DNA of 60,650 nt, filler included, from Porpidia crustulata (lineage: Eukaryota): NCBI GenBank assembly GCA_964255105.1. It is 12 parts of 12 records of this genome, joined end to end, with 100 filler letters (N's around TTAATTAATTAA, not from the genome) between each part and the next. Parts side by side here need not be neighbours in the genome. Positions count along the whole stretch, not along the records: positions 1 to 4,985 come from CAXUWE010001942.1; positions 5,086 to 10,067 come from CAXUWE010001943.1; positions 10,168 to 15,136 come from CAXUWE010001944.1; 9 more parts are not named here. One strand, 5' to 3'. The notes below the pieces were generated by a model. The model worked only from the letters and a program-made list of their open reading frames with translations, was not told the DNA's origin and made no database searches. How positions within the stretch are numbered: the stretch's first letter is position 1; each line of letters opens with the position of its first letter. Positions 1-13,421 of this stretch are shown piece by piece. The position numbers and the translations under genes are program-made.

Positions 1-625
1 GGAGGTATTGGGGGGGTTGGAGGAGAAGGTGCGGAAATAGAGGGAAGAGGGTGTATGGGTTGATGTTGTGGAGAGGGGAGGGGATTAGACGCGGTGCCGA
101 GAAGAGGTAAATATTCAAATCTTCGAGTCAGGAGCAGTGAGGTGATAAGTTTTATTCGCTACGTCGCACGCCCATCTAGAGCTCCTTCTCAGCCATGAGG
201 AAATTCTACAAAGTACCCGCTTTCCGACACATTCCTCTTCACTCACCAGAACCGTCGCCGCTATGAACAATCAACGCTGTCGCTACAAAGCAGCCCCATG
301 ATCCCATTCGACCGTGCCACTACCTCTCTCAATCACATTCAAATCAAGCCGTCGACTCCGCCGCTGCTTGACTCCATCAACCACAGTCATTTCTCCTGCT
401 GCGCTCTATGGCCGACGCTCTGGTTTGGGTCCTTGAAACGATGCTCCATTGCCCTTGGATATTCATCAATACATTTGCACTGGCTGGGTGAGCATTGACA
501 AACAATTTCCGGACCCTATGTCCAAGGATGTTTTGTTCGTGCGTGACAGTTGTTTCCCATTGATATGTGGTGTAGTATTGGAAATTCCAACACCATTTCC
601 CGGACATCGATGATCCGCAAGCGCA

Positions 626-667
626 ANNNNNNNNNNNNNNNNNNNNNNNNNNNNNNNNNNNNNNNNN
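626..667. other. Intra-scaffold assembly gap (42 N, no linker)
   Basis: N run lacking the TTAATTAATTAA core. Confidence 0.9.
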
Positions 668-1706
668 TGACGGCGATTCTGCTCTTCGAGTGGAGATACA
701 GCAAAGTATGCGTGGGCGAGGGACTTGTAGCGAAGAGGATATGGGATGGAAACGGCCGAACTTCGACAGTCGTGCCTATGTAGCTCGCATGCACCGAACT
801 CTGGCAAGAGCATATATGATGCAGAAAAAGTCCGTGGCGGCCCCGAATTCAGTGGAGTCTGCTTTCGCATTCGAAACACGTGACCGTGAAAATAGATGTC
901 TGCTCGACCTTCGTCGCTAGGTCCGGGGAGCCGCAAACAAACCGCGAAGCTCGGAATTGGAGCTGGGGTCGAGTCTGGAGACGCAAGAAGGCCGGAGATG
1001 GAATATTTCCTTTTGGGGCATGAGATCTGGAATGTGCCATTGGTATTTTTCTATGCGAGTCCTAGAGTATGTAACTTCTTACAGTGGATGCGTTGGATAT
1101 TGTCTAGATTTCAGGATAGCATATCATTTATGAGGCATCTTTCCCACATGTGCAGGAAACTCGGTCTTTCTCTTGTGCTTGGCTTGCTAGATTATCTTTA
1201 GTGAGTAATATACAAGCTCAACGGCCTTCGAACAATTTGCATCGCTTTGAATCGTCATCGAATTAAGATCTTTTCTAGTTTGTGTTCTTGAGGCTTGGGA
1301 GGTATTTTCCTATTCTCCCAAGAGCTCTGAGCGCACACGAAATGAGACCTTCTGTGGTCCGTAGCCGACAGACTCCGTGGGTCATGAATAAGCCTAGTCC
1401 TCTCCAATATGAGAGAGCTACATGCTGCAGATATGGAGCACATGATTTAAAGATGATCTATAGACGTGAGATCTTGCGAAGTGTCACACAAGCCACTGAT
1501 AGTGACAGCCGAGCCGTTGGGCAGTTCTACCAACACGTTGAGTCCAAATTCATAGTGTAAAGAGTTGTAATACCATGCATTTGAAAGGGAGATGTTTCTT
1601 CACCATCCTCATGCCGGTTCTTAAAGATTGAAGCCGTACTATACTTAGCGCCATTACCTTTACCCTTACGCAATTCATGCATGCTCAGGTTCAGAGTGAA
1701 ACCTCT

Positions 1707-2382
1707 CTAACTCAAATAGCCTTCGCGCTGTATCTGCGCCCATCTGTCTCTTGCAGTCTGCGCTTCGGTCGAGTCCAACTCTATATGCTCAATGACTTCA
1801 GGGTTTCTCTTCACGTGGCGCATAACAAAAAGAGCCATTCCTGCGTGCAAAGCATACAGGACCGCGGAGAGAAGACCAAATGCAACCATCAGGTCCCAAA
1901 CTGGTCTACTCGGCCCGTCGGTCACACCCCTACTTCCTTTCGGACACTCGACATTGATGAAAGATTGTGAGGCGGACACGCCGCTGGTGCAAGTGACCAG
2001 CCAGAGCAACGAATTGAGAAGGAAGCATAAGGCGATGATGCTGGAGAAGGTAAGGGCTAGGCCCGGGGGGTTTCGGCGCGTCAGTAGGTGAAGATGTAGT
2101 GACGTTGGAGCGTTGAAGAAGGCAATCCCAGGCATGAGGAGGGTTTGGAACACCACACCACTGCCGCCATTTAGTAGATGGAGGTATGAAAGAGAGAAGG
2201 CTTATCTACACTGATAGGTTCTTCACCGTCGACAGCCAGGCTGCGCCGATGGCGGCCTGCACCATGCTAAGGATGAGAATATTGAAGACGAGGAAGGGCG
2301 CATAGCCAGTGATACGAGAAGCACTCGACCAACGCTTGTCTCCCTTGATAGAGAAATCGTGGTATTTCAAAGTACTTACCAT
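1707..2382 (-). CDS. Hypothetical multi-pass membrane protein (about 4 TM), probably 2 introns
   Basis: ATG|gtaagt at 2382. An exon encodes GDKRWSSASRITGYAPFLVFNILILSMVQAAIGAAWL, followed by ORF 1707-2156 with three more hydrophobic stretches and a charged tail. The second donor is uncertain. Confidence 0.6.
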
Positions 2383-3749
2383 TGTCGAGTGAATAAATTT
2401 TGGCAGAGGTAGTGATGGATTGAAACAAGAAATTCAGATGTCTGCCTGTAGCACATGGTAGTGTAAATCAGTGGGGAGGATCAGCGGTGGGCTGAGAGTA
2501 CTTGTACGCCCATACGAGCATGTTATGAAGTCCCATGCAGAGCAGAAGGATTAGGTATGTGTAATCAGGTGAGTGCAGCCGACGTAAATGCTGCAAATCC
2601 TACCGTGTATGATACTGTGGTAAGGGTAGTCGATGTAGGATGCCGCATTCCGCTCGTACGACTGGGATAAGACCCGAAGACGTATAACGCACTACTCATA
2701 CACAGCCCCGCGAACGTTGTCAAGAAGGCGACGTTGGCGATAATTATTTAACAAATCAAAAAGAATGGAGGGATATTAGTCCAACATCAATCACGGCGTC
2801 TAATTGTGTTCAGAAATATATATATCTAAGTAGCTATCTCGTAATCGGCGTCGCATGTTTGAGTTCTTCCTTCTAAATATTCTAGCGAATCGACTGATGG
2901 CTGGAAAAGGCAATTTCTGGCAAGAATGAGTGTCGTATATTGCGCGGAGGAAAATACCCTAAGGACGAGTACCTTTACCGGGGGGGTAGGTCAACGAGTC
3001 GTTGGAATACGTTGATCCGAGGCCATAATTGACTGGATTCATGGGACCGTCGCGCGATGGATGGACTCGGAAATGCTTTTCGACGATCAGAGACACAAGT
3101 GGCCCACACGCCTAGGAATAGTTGACGCTCAAGAGCTTCAACGTAGTCAAGCGTGCGTCAGTAGCCGCACGCGCTGTATTCAGCACCAGATTAGACATGA
3201 TGGCATCGAGAGTGGAGAAGAACAGATTTTCTTCGTATCACAAAGTTGCCTCTTAAAAGCATCGCAGCTTCGATTCTGGAGCGGTGAGAGGATGTACAGC
3301 CAATCATTGCGGCCCTTCCCACAGAGCGAGAAGGAAGCGCCGCACCCAAGATCCGCAGTTGTGACGTTCGGTCTTCATTCTGCTTGACGATTTCCTTGGA
3401 TCATGGAGACTTCTTCCTTTGGGAAAGTAGCCGTCTCACAGGAACGCTTTCATTGAGAATGTTGGTTTTTTGCGTTGTTCATACAGAGGAGAGGAGAAAA
3501 TCTGCGAACGAGAAATTTGATATTGCGGATAATAAATTACACCCGGTGGTAAATTTCGGTAGTAACCGGTATTATTACATCATTCGTTCGGTGCAACTGT
3601 TTGTCACCGGCCACAAACAATTTTTGATATCGGGCCATCTTTTGATGCAGTTCGAAACTTTGCAAAACTCCGAGTCCAAGACATTTAAATTACGAGAGCG
3701 TTGTTAAATTGTCAAAAACAACTCCACTTTAGCTGGTCCCAAATCCAGA

Positions 3750-4985
3750 ATGGCTTCCGGAGGGCATCAAAAGACTGGTCAGTATCGGTTGCGCCGGAAG
3801 AGAATCTGAGCCATAAAGCTGTCGCTGATGAATTCTGTGTGTGAATTGTAGCAATCATCTCCGTATACAACAAGACTGGGCTACTCGATCTAGCAAAAGG
3901 GTTGATCCACCACAAGATACGGCTTCTGGCGTCTGGGGGGACTGCGAAAATGATCAGGGAAGCAGGATTTGATGTGGAGTGAGTGCAGCTCCAACTTGTT
4001 GACAGAATTTTTAGAGAGACGCTGAGATTTGGGTCGGCAGAGATGTATCAGCTATTACCCATGCACCAGAAATGCTGTCAGGCCGGGTTAAGACTCTTCA
4101 TCCGGCAGTCCACGCCGGAATCCTCGCACGAGATCTAGCTTCGGATGAAAAAGACCTGGCCGAACAGAACATCAACAAGGTAGACTATGTGATCTGTAAT
4201 CTATATCCGTTCAAGGATACCATAGCCAAGATCAATGTCACTATTCCTGAAGCAGTGGAGGAAATTGACATAGGGGGAGTCACCCTCATCCGAGCCGCTG
4301 CCAAAAACCACTCTCGAGTTACAATTCTGAGCGATCCAGAGGACTATCCCGAGTTTCTTCAAGAACTCGGCAAAGGCGAAATCACCCCCCGAAGCCGCCA
4401 ACTTTACGCTCTCAAAGCTTTCGAGCACACCGCAGACTACGACGCCGCCATTGCCGACTTCTTCCGTAAGAAATACACCGGCGACGGCACAAAACACCTC
4501 TCCCTCCGCTATGGCGCAAACCCGCACCAGGTCCCTGCCTCCGCCTTTGTGAAATCCGGCCACCTTCCTTTTAAAGTCCTCAATGGCTCCCCGGGCTATA
4601 TCAACCTCCTTGACTCCCTCAACGCCTGGCCATTGGTCAAAGAGTTGAAAGAAGCACTACATCTCCCCGCCGCCGCAAGCTTCAAACACGTCTCTCCCGC
4701 CGGTGCCGGCATCGGTGTCCCACTAAGCGATACCGAACGCAAAGTCTACATGGTCGACGATATTGCCGGTCTCGAGCACTCGGGGCTCGCACAAGCGTAC
4801 GCGCGCGCCCGCGGAGCAGACCGCATGTCCAGTTTCGGCGATGTCATCGCCCTCTCGGACGAAGTCGACGTCCCCACCGCCAAAATCATCTCCCGCGAAG
4901 TCTCCGACGGCGTCATCGCGCCCGCCTACTGCCCCGAAGCCCTCGCCATCCTCATCACCACCAGCATGGCCCTCGCCACCGCCGT
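3750..4985 (+). CDS. ADE17: Bifunctional AICAR transformylase/IMP cyclohydrolase (ADE16/ADE17, PurH/ATIC), 3'-truncated, 2 introns
   Basis: Spliced start [20 protein letters not shown]...ASGGTA. Motifs [54 protein letters not shown]. Confidence 0.97.
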
Positions 4986-5085
4986 NNNNNNNNNNNNNNN
5001 NNNNNNNNNNNNNNNNNNNNNNNNNNNNNTTAATTAATTAANNNNNNNNNNNNNNNNNNNNNNNNNNNNNNNNNNNNNNNNNNNN
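4986..5085. other. Artificial contig-joining spacer (N44-TTAATTAATTAA-N44), first of 11
   Basis: An identical 100-nt spacer with stops in all six frames starts at 4986, 10068, 15137, 20206, 25275, 30334, 35391, 40448, 45503, 50557 and 55605. The intervening segments are 4985, 4982, 4969, 4969, 4969, 4959, 4957, 4957, 4955, 4954, 4948 and 4946 nt, i.e. size-sorted. Confidence 0.99.
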
Positions 5086-7079
5086 ATAGACATTGAAGGG
5101 ACGGGGAAGAATATGAAATGGTGTGACTAAGTGAGATACTTGTTGAAGACAGATGAGAAGGTGTTGTAGTAAGAAGGAGAATATTCCGAATGGTTAGCAG
5201 TAGCAGCAGTAGTACCCAGGACGTAAAGAGCATTAGCGGTAGAAAGTAGAGAGACTTTTCGATTTCTCCACATATCGGTCAGTAATGTGATTTGATGGGC
5301 AGGGATTGGCGGTACGACAGGGGACTGTCCTTGCGTCTCGCTAGAAATAGGCCGTCTTGGCTGCTTCTGCGGGGGATAGACGTACCTTCTCACCTGCTAC
5401 TAAACCCGCTACTCAACGACTACGGAATGCTATCGTCAGACAAGGCGTCAGTTAGGGTTGATAGGTGCTGCTGAAAGAGACGAGACAGCATCGTTGCAGG
5501 AAGGTCAAAGACAGCGACGAATCGAAACCATTGGGCGGCCACAAACATAAGCGCCATGCTCTTCAATGCGCAATCGTCGCGGGAACTTGAGCGGTGTGTA
5601 GTCTGCCCGAATTTCTGCTTTGGCCTTCTGTACGTCTTGTCGCCCCTACCCTGGGATGAAGTGTCAAGACACTGATATGCCGTGCCTAGGGCTAATTTCC
5701 TTGGCCGAGCCCTTGAGCCGTTGAATACTTCGGGCCGAGAGTTTCAACATCTGTGTCACATTGTGGAGGGTCGCTCTGGCAAGTAGTAATGAGCCGCTGG
5801 TAGATTCGCGTTTACGACTTCAAATCGTATGCCTGGGGCGGAACCGCGAACCTGCATACCATTTATTCAAGCGTACATCCCAGAAGACTCTGGAAAAGTG
5901 GTAGTAGTGCAGAGATTCGGCGCTCAACATCTCACATGCCGGTCAAATCCCTCGCGACTAGTAATGAGCGCCTGATAGCTACGATTCGTGTATATACGTT
6001 GTTGGTGGACGGATGAGGACGAGCGTAAAGCAGCTAGCCAAAGAGCCTTACTGCATTCTATGTAGCTCTTCGAGCATCACTTGATGGCGCCCGATCTAAA
6101 ATGATCAGCGCAAAGACACGCATGAGTCTCAGGTCTTGTGACTGTAAGGCTATCATCTTGCAATGTCGATTTGATAACTTTATAACCTTGCTCAACGGAC
6201 TGTCACGGAGATCTCGACACATGGACGTCGTACAACCTGAAAGCCTGGTGGAGATTAAGCAGATCTCCGGATGTGAGACGTACTCAGTCTCCCTGCGTAC
6301 CCGTCATCGCAACGGCCACGGCCATGTTGTGTACCTCGATCGTATTCGGTGAGATGGTGGCTGCATTGCGTCGCAGCTTCTCCTGCGATTGCCCGGTCCA
6401 TGTTTCAACGCCGATACATCTTCACGATGACACCTGGTCACGACTGAGCAGGAGGATCGCGACTGGAAGCGCAGCTGTCGTTGGGATTGTAAGACCAGTC
6501 TCTCATGGATCACAGAAGTGCGGAGCAGCGCAATTATGGATCAGACTTGGACCTCGGAGCATGGGAGTTGTTGTGTCGTTTTTCGGCCAACACTGCTTCT
6601 TCACACTCCGAAAATAGCGTTGAGGGTAAAGATGCGAATGGAATCCTGGACGGTTTGAGACAGAGATACTGCGCCTTGCTATCGTTGGTGTTGTGTGGTG
6701 CTCAACCACCGTTGACCTCCCACACGAAACATCGTGCCCTGTTCCCTTGACCCGCAACAGGATTCTCTACGCCATAAATTTAATTCGATGTATCTTTAAC
6801 TTACTAGATGATCGATTCGACATGCTAATCCAACATCAGCTGAGACTAACCTGAGACAGTCACTGCCACCCTTAATCAACACGCCACCAAGCAACACCTA
6901 GCCGTAGTGTTCCCGTTGTGACTTTAAGATCCGTTCGTCCATAGGTGCTTGATGAACTTTACCTGTAATATACACTACATATATAACTCTCACAACAAAA
7001 CTGTAAGCCTACCAAGAAAGCCTTTTATTCCTCCAAACCCACTCATCCACGTCAGATACGTGTGACTACTGTGTTCAAA

Positions 7080-7358
7080 ATGACCTCGCCATCCCACAAG
7101 TTCACGGCCGAAGCTTCGTCAACCCAATTCCTCGAGCTGCTTCCCGCCACAGCGTACGAGATGCCCAAATCCAGGCCACTGAGGGACTCGGCGCAGTGCA
7201 TACACGTCGAAGATACAATGCCAACCGCGGATGAGATCAACGCTGCCACAGCGAGACGAAGATCCAGCAGCACGAGCACCACTTCGAGCACCGGAACAAG
7301 CAACGATAGCGATAGGAGGCGGTATCTGCAACTGGTGCCGGAAACAGATGAACTTTGA
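7080..7358 (+). CDS. Small Ser/Thr-rich hypothetical protein (92 aa)
   Basis: Good start context (caaaATG), TATATAA at 6980-6986, RRRSSSTSTTSS tract followed by a C-terminal RYLQLVP motif. Confidence 0.6.
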   Translation: MTSPSHKFTAEASSTQFLELLPATAYEMPKSRPLRDSAQCIHVEDTMPTADEINAATARRRSSSTSTTSSTGTSNDSDRRRYLQLVPETDEL

Positions 7359-7562
7359 AGCATCGTATAAATCGCAGGGCTCATCAGGCATAGGCGTTTT
7401 GCGGTGTGAATCAAATTATGATTGGCGGCGGCCAGGAGACATGTTGCGGTACATTCTGGCGATTTCGGCTAGTGAAGCACTAACTTTTGTACATCAGCAC
7501 TTGCGAAGTAGACTCTATCCCAAGAGAAGCTACGCGAAGCCGATTCCTATATCACAAGCTGC

Positions 7563-9110
7563 TCATAGCTTGATAGAGAGATCCAAGTAATCCAAAGTGA
7601 CAGCGATACTGGTCAGAACTCCGGCATATGCCACGAGAATGCTCATGGCTCCTTCTCGGCCCATGCTTAAAGTATCTAGCGTCATGTTGACCAGACCCGT
7701 AAGTAAATTGGCCAAAAGGAAGATCGCTAGCCCATTTCTGTTGAAAGCCATAAGCACTGTACTTGTGGCTCGATTGCATTCCTTTCGCTCCAAGCTTCTG
7801 TTGGTGGCCATGTAGACAGCGGGGAATACCAGTGATTCCACAATACAAAAGCACGTGATCTGCGCACAGTTGAACGCCGATACCCACAGTACGTAAGGCA
7901 GGTTTGCAAGGCGACGCGACACTCGAAGATGAAAGCCGTAGTTGTAGGAGGTCGCGAGGAAGTACAGGATAGACCAGCCTCCGGACCAAAATATCAAGCG
8001 ACCCAGTAATTGCTTTCTTTGCGTAATAGGGTCCACATGATGATGAGCCCCAGCTAGATTGCGTGGGAGTATGTTGAAGCCCGCCGACTGGCCTGCTAGG
8101 AATATCGCTAAATATCCAAGGAAAGAGAATACACCTTCACGATTCATACTCAGCAGATCGACACGCGGCGCTGTCAATATATACGCCTTCAGGCTCGTGT
8201 ATTCAAGTAGCGCTTGATAGAAGCTACTCAGAACAAGTGCAAGTAACGCAGTTGACGGTACTAATGAGTTCAGGAATTGAAAAATTGCCACCCAAGGCGG
8301 TAAGAGAGCAAGGGTGAAGAAGAAGTTCCAATGCACTCCATACTCCGTGGTGTGTTCCGCGTAGTCAAGACCTTTGACGCTGTAAAGCCTGACAAATCCT
8401 AGAACCAATAATGGTAGAGAGTGCTTTACTGAAGCATATAGTCGTGATCCCAAGGAAACTTTTTTGCCTGCAAGCCGGTCCTTTAAGATTGGCCTGACTG
8501 AAACTATACCGGAAGAGAAGACAAAAGACCCTACTCCCAAGTCCATCAACGACGTTCCCCAATTTTCAGCTTTAGCAAAGCGTCTTGGAAATATCTTGAA
8601 ATCCACAGCAAGGATCGCTAGACAAGTGACTACCATCATGGTCCCCCTATAAGACGTAATGAAAGGCCGGACAGGGAGGAAATCTGAATCTCGTTCTGCC
8701 ACTTTAATATTTGACCTTGAGAGCGTCTTCTTATGTGTAGCCGCTGGGAAGAGGAAGTAAAGTAATAGGGCAGGGAAAATGAGTGAAACATTGAGTAGGA
8801 TTGAATGTGACGAGTATAGCGTTATTGCAAGAAGAATAGCTGTAACATTGAGGAGGAAGTCGATCACGAATGCTGCTGGACCATAGCGGACAAAAAGAGC
8901 TTGGCGGCTTTGAAGAACCGACCAAAGAAGAACGGCCACCTATGGTGATGATCTCTGTCAGCTCTCACAAGGACAAGAGATCAGCAAAACGCGCACTGGA
9001 GCTACAGCCGTCACCCAATTGATTTCCGAAACCTCTCCACCCGATAAATTGGAAACAAATCCCTCTTTCAGAGCCTTGTAGCTCTGCGTGATCTCGATCT
9101 CCTTAGTCAT
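7563..9110 (-). CDS. GWT1: GPI inositol acyltransferase (GWT1/PIG-W), 1 intron
   Basis: Exon 1 [25 protein letters not shown]. Motifs [63 protein letters not shown]. Confidence 0.97.
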
Positions 9111-9520
9111 GAGAAAATTTACGGCATCACGATGTACTCTCTCGTCCGAAATAGATTAGTAGGATAGTGCGGAACTATCCCGCCTTGTCAACAATCGGCT
9201 CAACGTATCACAGCACGCACAGTACCAGCACTCAAATATGGATTCACAAGACTGAATGTCAAATAAATTTCAACGTTACAATCTCAATTCATTCGAATAC
9301 AATAATCGTTTTACGCGATCGTCATGAGAATGACGGGCTGTACTACTCGTCCTCTCCGCTGCCTACCCCACCACCCCACTATGCAATCCCACGACTACGT
9401 GACACCATGATGTGGTGGTGTCCCCAAAGTATCCCGCCTACTAGCCCATCACAATATCCCATCCCCCACCACTCCACGTAGGTAGTTCCTCTCATCACCC
9501 CTCCCGCCTTTCCAAGAACC

Positions 9521-10067
9521 ATGTTCTCTCTCCTCATCTCCGCCCTTCCAACCACGATAGCCGTCGCCCAAGGCGTCTCCGCTGCCCGTAAAGAAAAGGA
9601 AGACCAGGACTCCGACGACCTTCTCCGCAAATTCACACTCACATGCCGTATTGAAGATGAAGAATTGCGGCACAAGCCTAGAGCAACGAGGTTTCATGGC
9701 GGGCAGGTTGGGCTGAGAGATAACAGGGTGACTTTGGCCCAGCTGGCAGCTATTTAGAACTACCTAATCGCATGTAAGGTGTATGTAACACCGACCTCTG
9801 GTCCTCCCTCAGACATCAACACGCCCCATCCTTTCCCCACTACAGGTTTTCTAATATCATATCCCGATCCCACGCGCCCGCAACCCGCGCCGCTTGGCCT
9901 GGTATCTGCTATTTCGGCCGACCCGCCTGTTCTGAATTGGATCTATGTGGACGTGGATACAAGAGAAGTCAAATACGGGAATCGGACCCAGAGTCGGGAT
10001 CACGTGGTGGGTAGTTGGGGGAGGGGGAAAGGTTGGTTGGAGCTGAGGGGTGCAGAGGTGGTCGAGA
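9521..10067 (+). CDS. Fungal hypothetical protein, 1 intron, 3'-truncated
   Basis: Two ORFs joined by a GT-AG intron (about 9728-9778). The segment GLVSAISADPPVLNWIYVDVDTREVKYGNR resembles an uncharacterised Pezizomycotina family as I recall it. Confidence 0.7.
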
Positions 10068-10911
10068 NNNNNNNNNNNNNNNNNNNNNNNNNNNNNNNNN
10101 NNNNNNNNNNNTTAATTAATTAANNNNNNNNNNNNNNNNNNNNNNNNNNNNNNNNNNNNNNNNNNNNCTGCCATTGTACATGGCTGTTGTTGGTCAGAAA
10201 CTTTGAAGGTGGTAAGTGCGACCTTGCTCTTCTGAGAAGTCGACAGATACCGAGAGTCACCCAAGGAGGATTCAAAAAATACTACTCAATTTCAGACTAC
10301 CATCATTTCGATGCCAGTCAAGGTAACCATATTTGTTAAAGTACACTGCAGGCTAGCGGATTCTGTCAGATCTCAAGTTCGCAAGCCTGATTAGATTGAT
10401 TGCCCCGCGCTTGGCCTCGGAACCCCTGGGCCATCCCACTGGGAATCTAAGCGCCGCCCCAATCCACCCAGGAAGGCCTGAAGGTATCTCTTTTCAGCCT
10501 CATTCGATCCTGCTGCGAAAAGATCACCTTACACGCCTTAGCGAGCCTAGAAACACAGATGTCGTTGAAGAATACATGATTGCTCGTTTCCTACATACGA
10601 CTCGGACGAAATAAGCGACCTGTTCTGCGTTGGCGCCCCTGTGACTCGTTCGGTTCTCCCCCGCAAACACTTCGAGAGCTCTCTCTCGAGACACGTGCCA
10701 CTCTGTAAGAGACTGTACAATACCTCCGCCTGAATTGTTGGTAGTATGATAAGGATAGTATAGCAATATTCACTCGTTACTGTCGTTAGGGGGCTCTGTT
10801 CAGTGGCCGCAGTCACTGCGCAGCTGGTGCAATCATTTGTGAAGTTAACCCAATTGTTTTGCAAGCCTTCGTCTCATTTTCTTTCTCGCTCATACCAACT
10901 ACCAAGGGGAG

Positions 10912-12799
10912 ATGGAGGACCATCCGAACACTCTCGACGCGGCTGCGCGGGCTATCCAAGAGAAGAAACCAATCCCTGAGATCGACTTCTCGCTGCACAC
11001 GATGGAAGACGGCACACAAGTCAGTACCCAAGAACGGGTTTGCAAAGGTGCGTTAGTAGTCTCTATTACTCCGGGCAATACTAATGCAGAATCTACGAGT
11101 CAGAGGTCCAGGCGCCCGCTTTTCTTCCACCGACGGAAGGCCAGTTTCTATCCCCACACGACCGTACCAAGCCTAATCTGCAATTCCTCAAGCAGCATTT
11201 TTACCGCGAAGGTCGTTTGACTGAAGAGCAGGCGCTATGGATCATACACCTGGGAACCGAGGTATTGAAGAATGAGCCGAATCTATTAGAGATGGATGCT
11301 CCCATCACTGTTTGCGGAGATGTGCACGGCCAATATTTCGACTTGATGAAACTGTTCGAGGTCGGTGGAGACCCGGCTGAGACACGTTATTTATTCCTCG
11401 GAGACTACGTTGATCGGGGTTACTTTAGTATAGAGGTAAGCATCTTCCACGAGTCAGGTCACAACCTAGACTAATTTCCTGAAAGTGTGTTTTATACCTC
11501 TGGTCGCTCAAGATCTGGTATCCCAATACACTCTGGTTGCTCAGAGGAAACCATGAATGCAGGCATCTCACAGACTACTTTACATTCAAACTCGAATGCA
11601 AACATAAATACTCAGAAAAAATATATGAAGCATGTATGGATTCATTCTGCGCTTTGCCTCTTGCCGCTATTATGAACAAGCAATTTTTGTGTATACACGG
11701 TGGTCTGAGCCCGGAGCTGCATACCCTCGATGACCTCAAGAGTGTAAGCATGCTAAGAGTCAAGCGTTAGATAAAGCTAATCAAACCAGATTGACCGATT
11801 CCGCGAGCCACCCACTCATGGTTTAATGTGCGACATACTTTGGGCCGATCCACTTGAAGAATTTGGTCAGGAGAAGACATCGGAATTCTTTATCCACAAC
11901 CACGTTCGAGGATGCTCGTACTTCTTCTCTTACCCTGCCGCATGCGCTTTCCTGGAAAAGAACAATCTTCTCTCCGTGATTCGTGCGCATGAAGCTCAAG
12001 ATGCTGGATACCGAATGTACAGAAAGACGAGGACTACGGGATTCCCAAGCGTCATGACTATATTTAGCGCACCCAATTACCTCGATGTCTACAATAACAA
12101 AGCTGCTGTACTCAAGTATGAGAACAATGTTATGAACATAAGACAATTCAACTGCACACCGCATCCGTACTGGCTTCCAAACTTCATGGATGTCTTTACC
12201 TGGTCTCTGCCTTTTGTCGGCGAGAAAATTACAGATATGCTGATTGCTATTTTGAACACCTGCTCCAAAGAAGAACTCGAACCGGAAACCCCACCTTCGA
12301 GATCGTCTGAACCTGTATCCCCGCCTGTAGCTCCTGAACAGCAGCTGACCGATGAGAAGCGGAGAGCAATCAAGAACAAGATCCTTGCCATTGGTCGCCT
12401 GTCGCGTGTGTTCCAAGTGCTTCGGGAAGAGTCGGAGAGAGTCACAGAGTTGAAGACTGCTGCTGGTGGGCGTCTGCCGGCTGGTACGCTCATGCTGGGA
12501 GCGGAGGGTATTAAGCAGGCAATTCACAATTTCGAGGATGCTCGAAAAGTCGATCTGCAGAATGAAAGGCTTCCACCCACCCATGATGAGGTATCAAGGA
12601 AGAGTATGGAGGACCGCAAGGTCGCCATGGATCGGGCCAATACCGAGGCAGCCAACGATACTGGATTAGCGCAGGTCGCACGGAGAATCAGTGTGTAAGT
12701 ACATGGATGACAGACTATGCATGTAATGTTGCTAACATCTCCAGATCTTCTGGCGCCGGAAGGAGTAGGCCAACTGGACGCCCCGGCAATTTGGGCTAA
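10912..12799 (+). CDS. CNA1: Calcineurin catalytic subunit A (PP2B), 4 introns
   Basis: PPP motifs GDVHGQ, GDYVDRG, LRGNHE and SAPNYLD, CnB-binding [11 protein letters not shown], CaM-binding [15 protein letters not shown], autoinhibitory [16 protein letters not shown]. The last exon ends GRPGNLG-TAA at 12799. Confidence 0.98.
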
Positions 12800-13354
12800 A
12801 TGCGAACGACATAATACCTTTGCCACCAAAGCCCCTACCCAAGCCATAACGAGGAAATGAAGTAAGGCCTCATGTCGTTAATGACTTGGTTATATGGCTT
12901 CTTCGGGCTAAAGCGATGGAATCATTGGTTCGCATAAGGGAAGGTTAAGGATGCTCAGCCTTTCTTGACGTATGACTTGTAACGGACTTAATGTGGTAGA
13001 CAGACTGATCGTCCTACTTTGTTTCGGGGGGTGGTAGCCTCTATGAGCTTTTGATAGGAATAATGGGAATGATTGGGATGGGATAGCTGTACACACATGC
13101 TCCTTTCCTAGTTGTGCACTGCCAACTTTGAACCAGGCGGAAGATCTCGGAGCTCACTCGTCATTGCGTTGACGCTTAAGCCAATGGTGCTCTCAATCCT
13201 TGGAACACTGTCAATTTCGAATCCATTCAAAGCGCGAAATCGAGGATGGAAGGGTAAGTTAAGGTACTCATCTTGCTATTTCGTAGAGAGACTAGAAGCC
13301 TTATTTGCATGGGAGACAGATCATATACAAAATCATGGGCGTGAGCCTTTGAGG

Positions 13355-13421
13355 TTAGAATCAAAATTAGGTTCGATTCCTAATGGCGCTGGTACAATGG
13401 TGTAGTGGTTATCTTTTCTGA
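13355..13421 (+). promoter_or_regulatory. tRNA-like element: Pol III B box in a perfect T-arm hairpin followed by an A box
   Basis: TTAGG-TTCGATT-CCTAA at 13367-13383 and TGGTGTAGTGG at 13398-13408. No canonical cloverleaf. Confidence 0.4.

Noticed and set aside
196..1200. Several short ORFs around the internal gap
   Set aside because: No recognisable motifs, and the gap prevents a gene model.
4955..4985. ADE17 diverges into [10 protein letters not shown] where a KKK-containing segment is expected
   Set aside because: Last 30 nt of the contig in low-complexity C-rich sequence; a terminal misassembly is more likely than a novel isoform.
7563..7574. GWT1 ends in -IKL, resembling a PTS1
   Set aside because: Gwt1 is an ER multi-pass enzyme and IKL is not a canonical PTS1.
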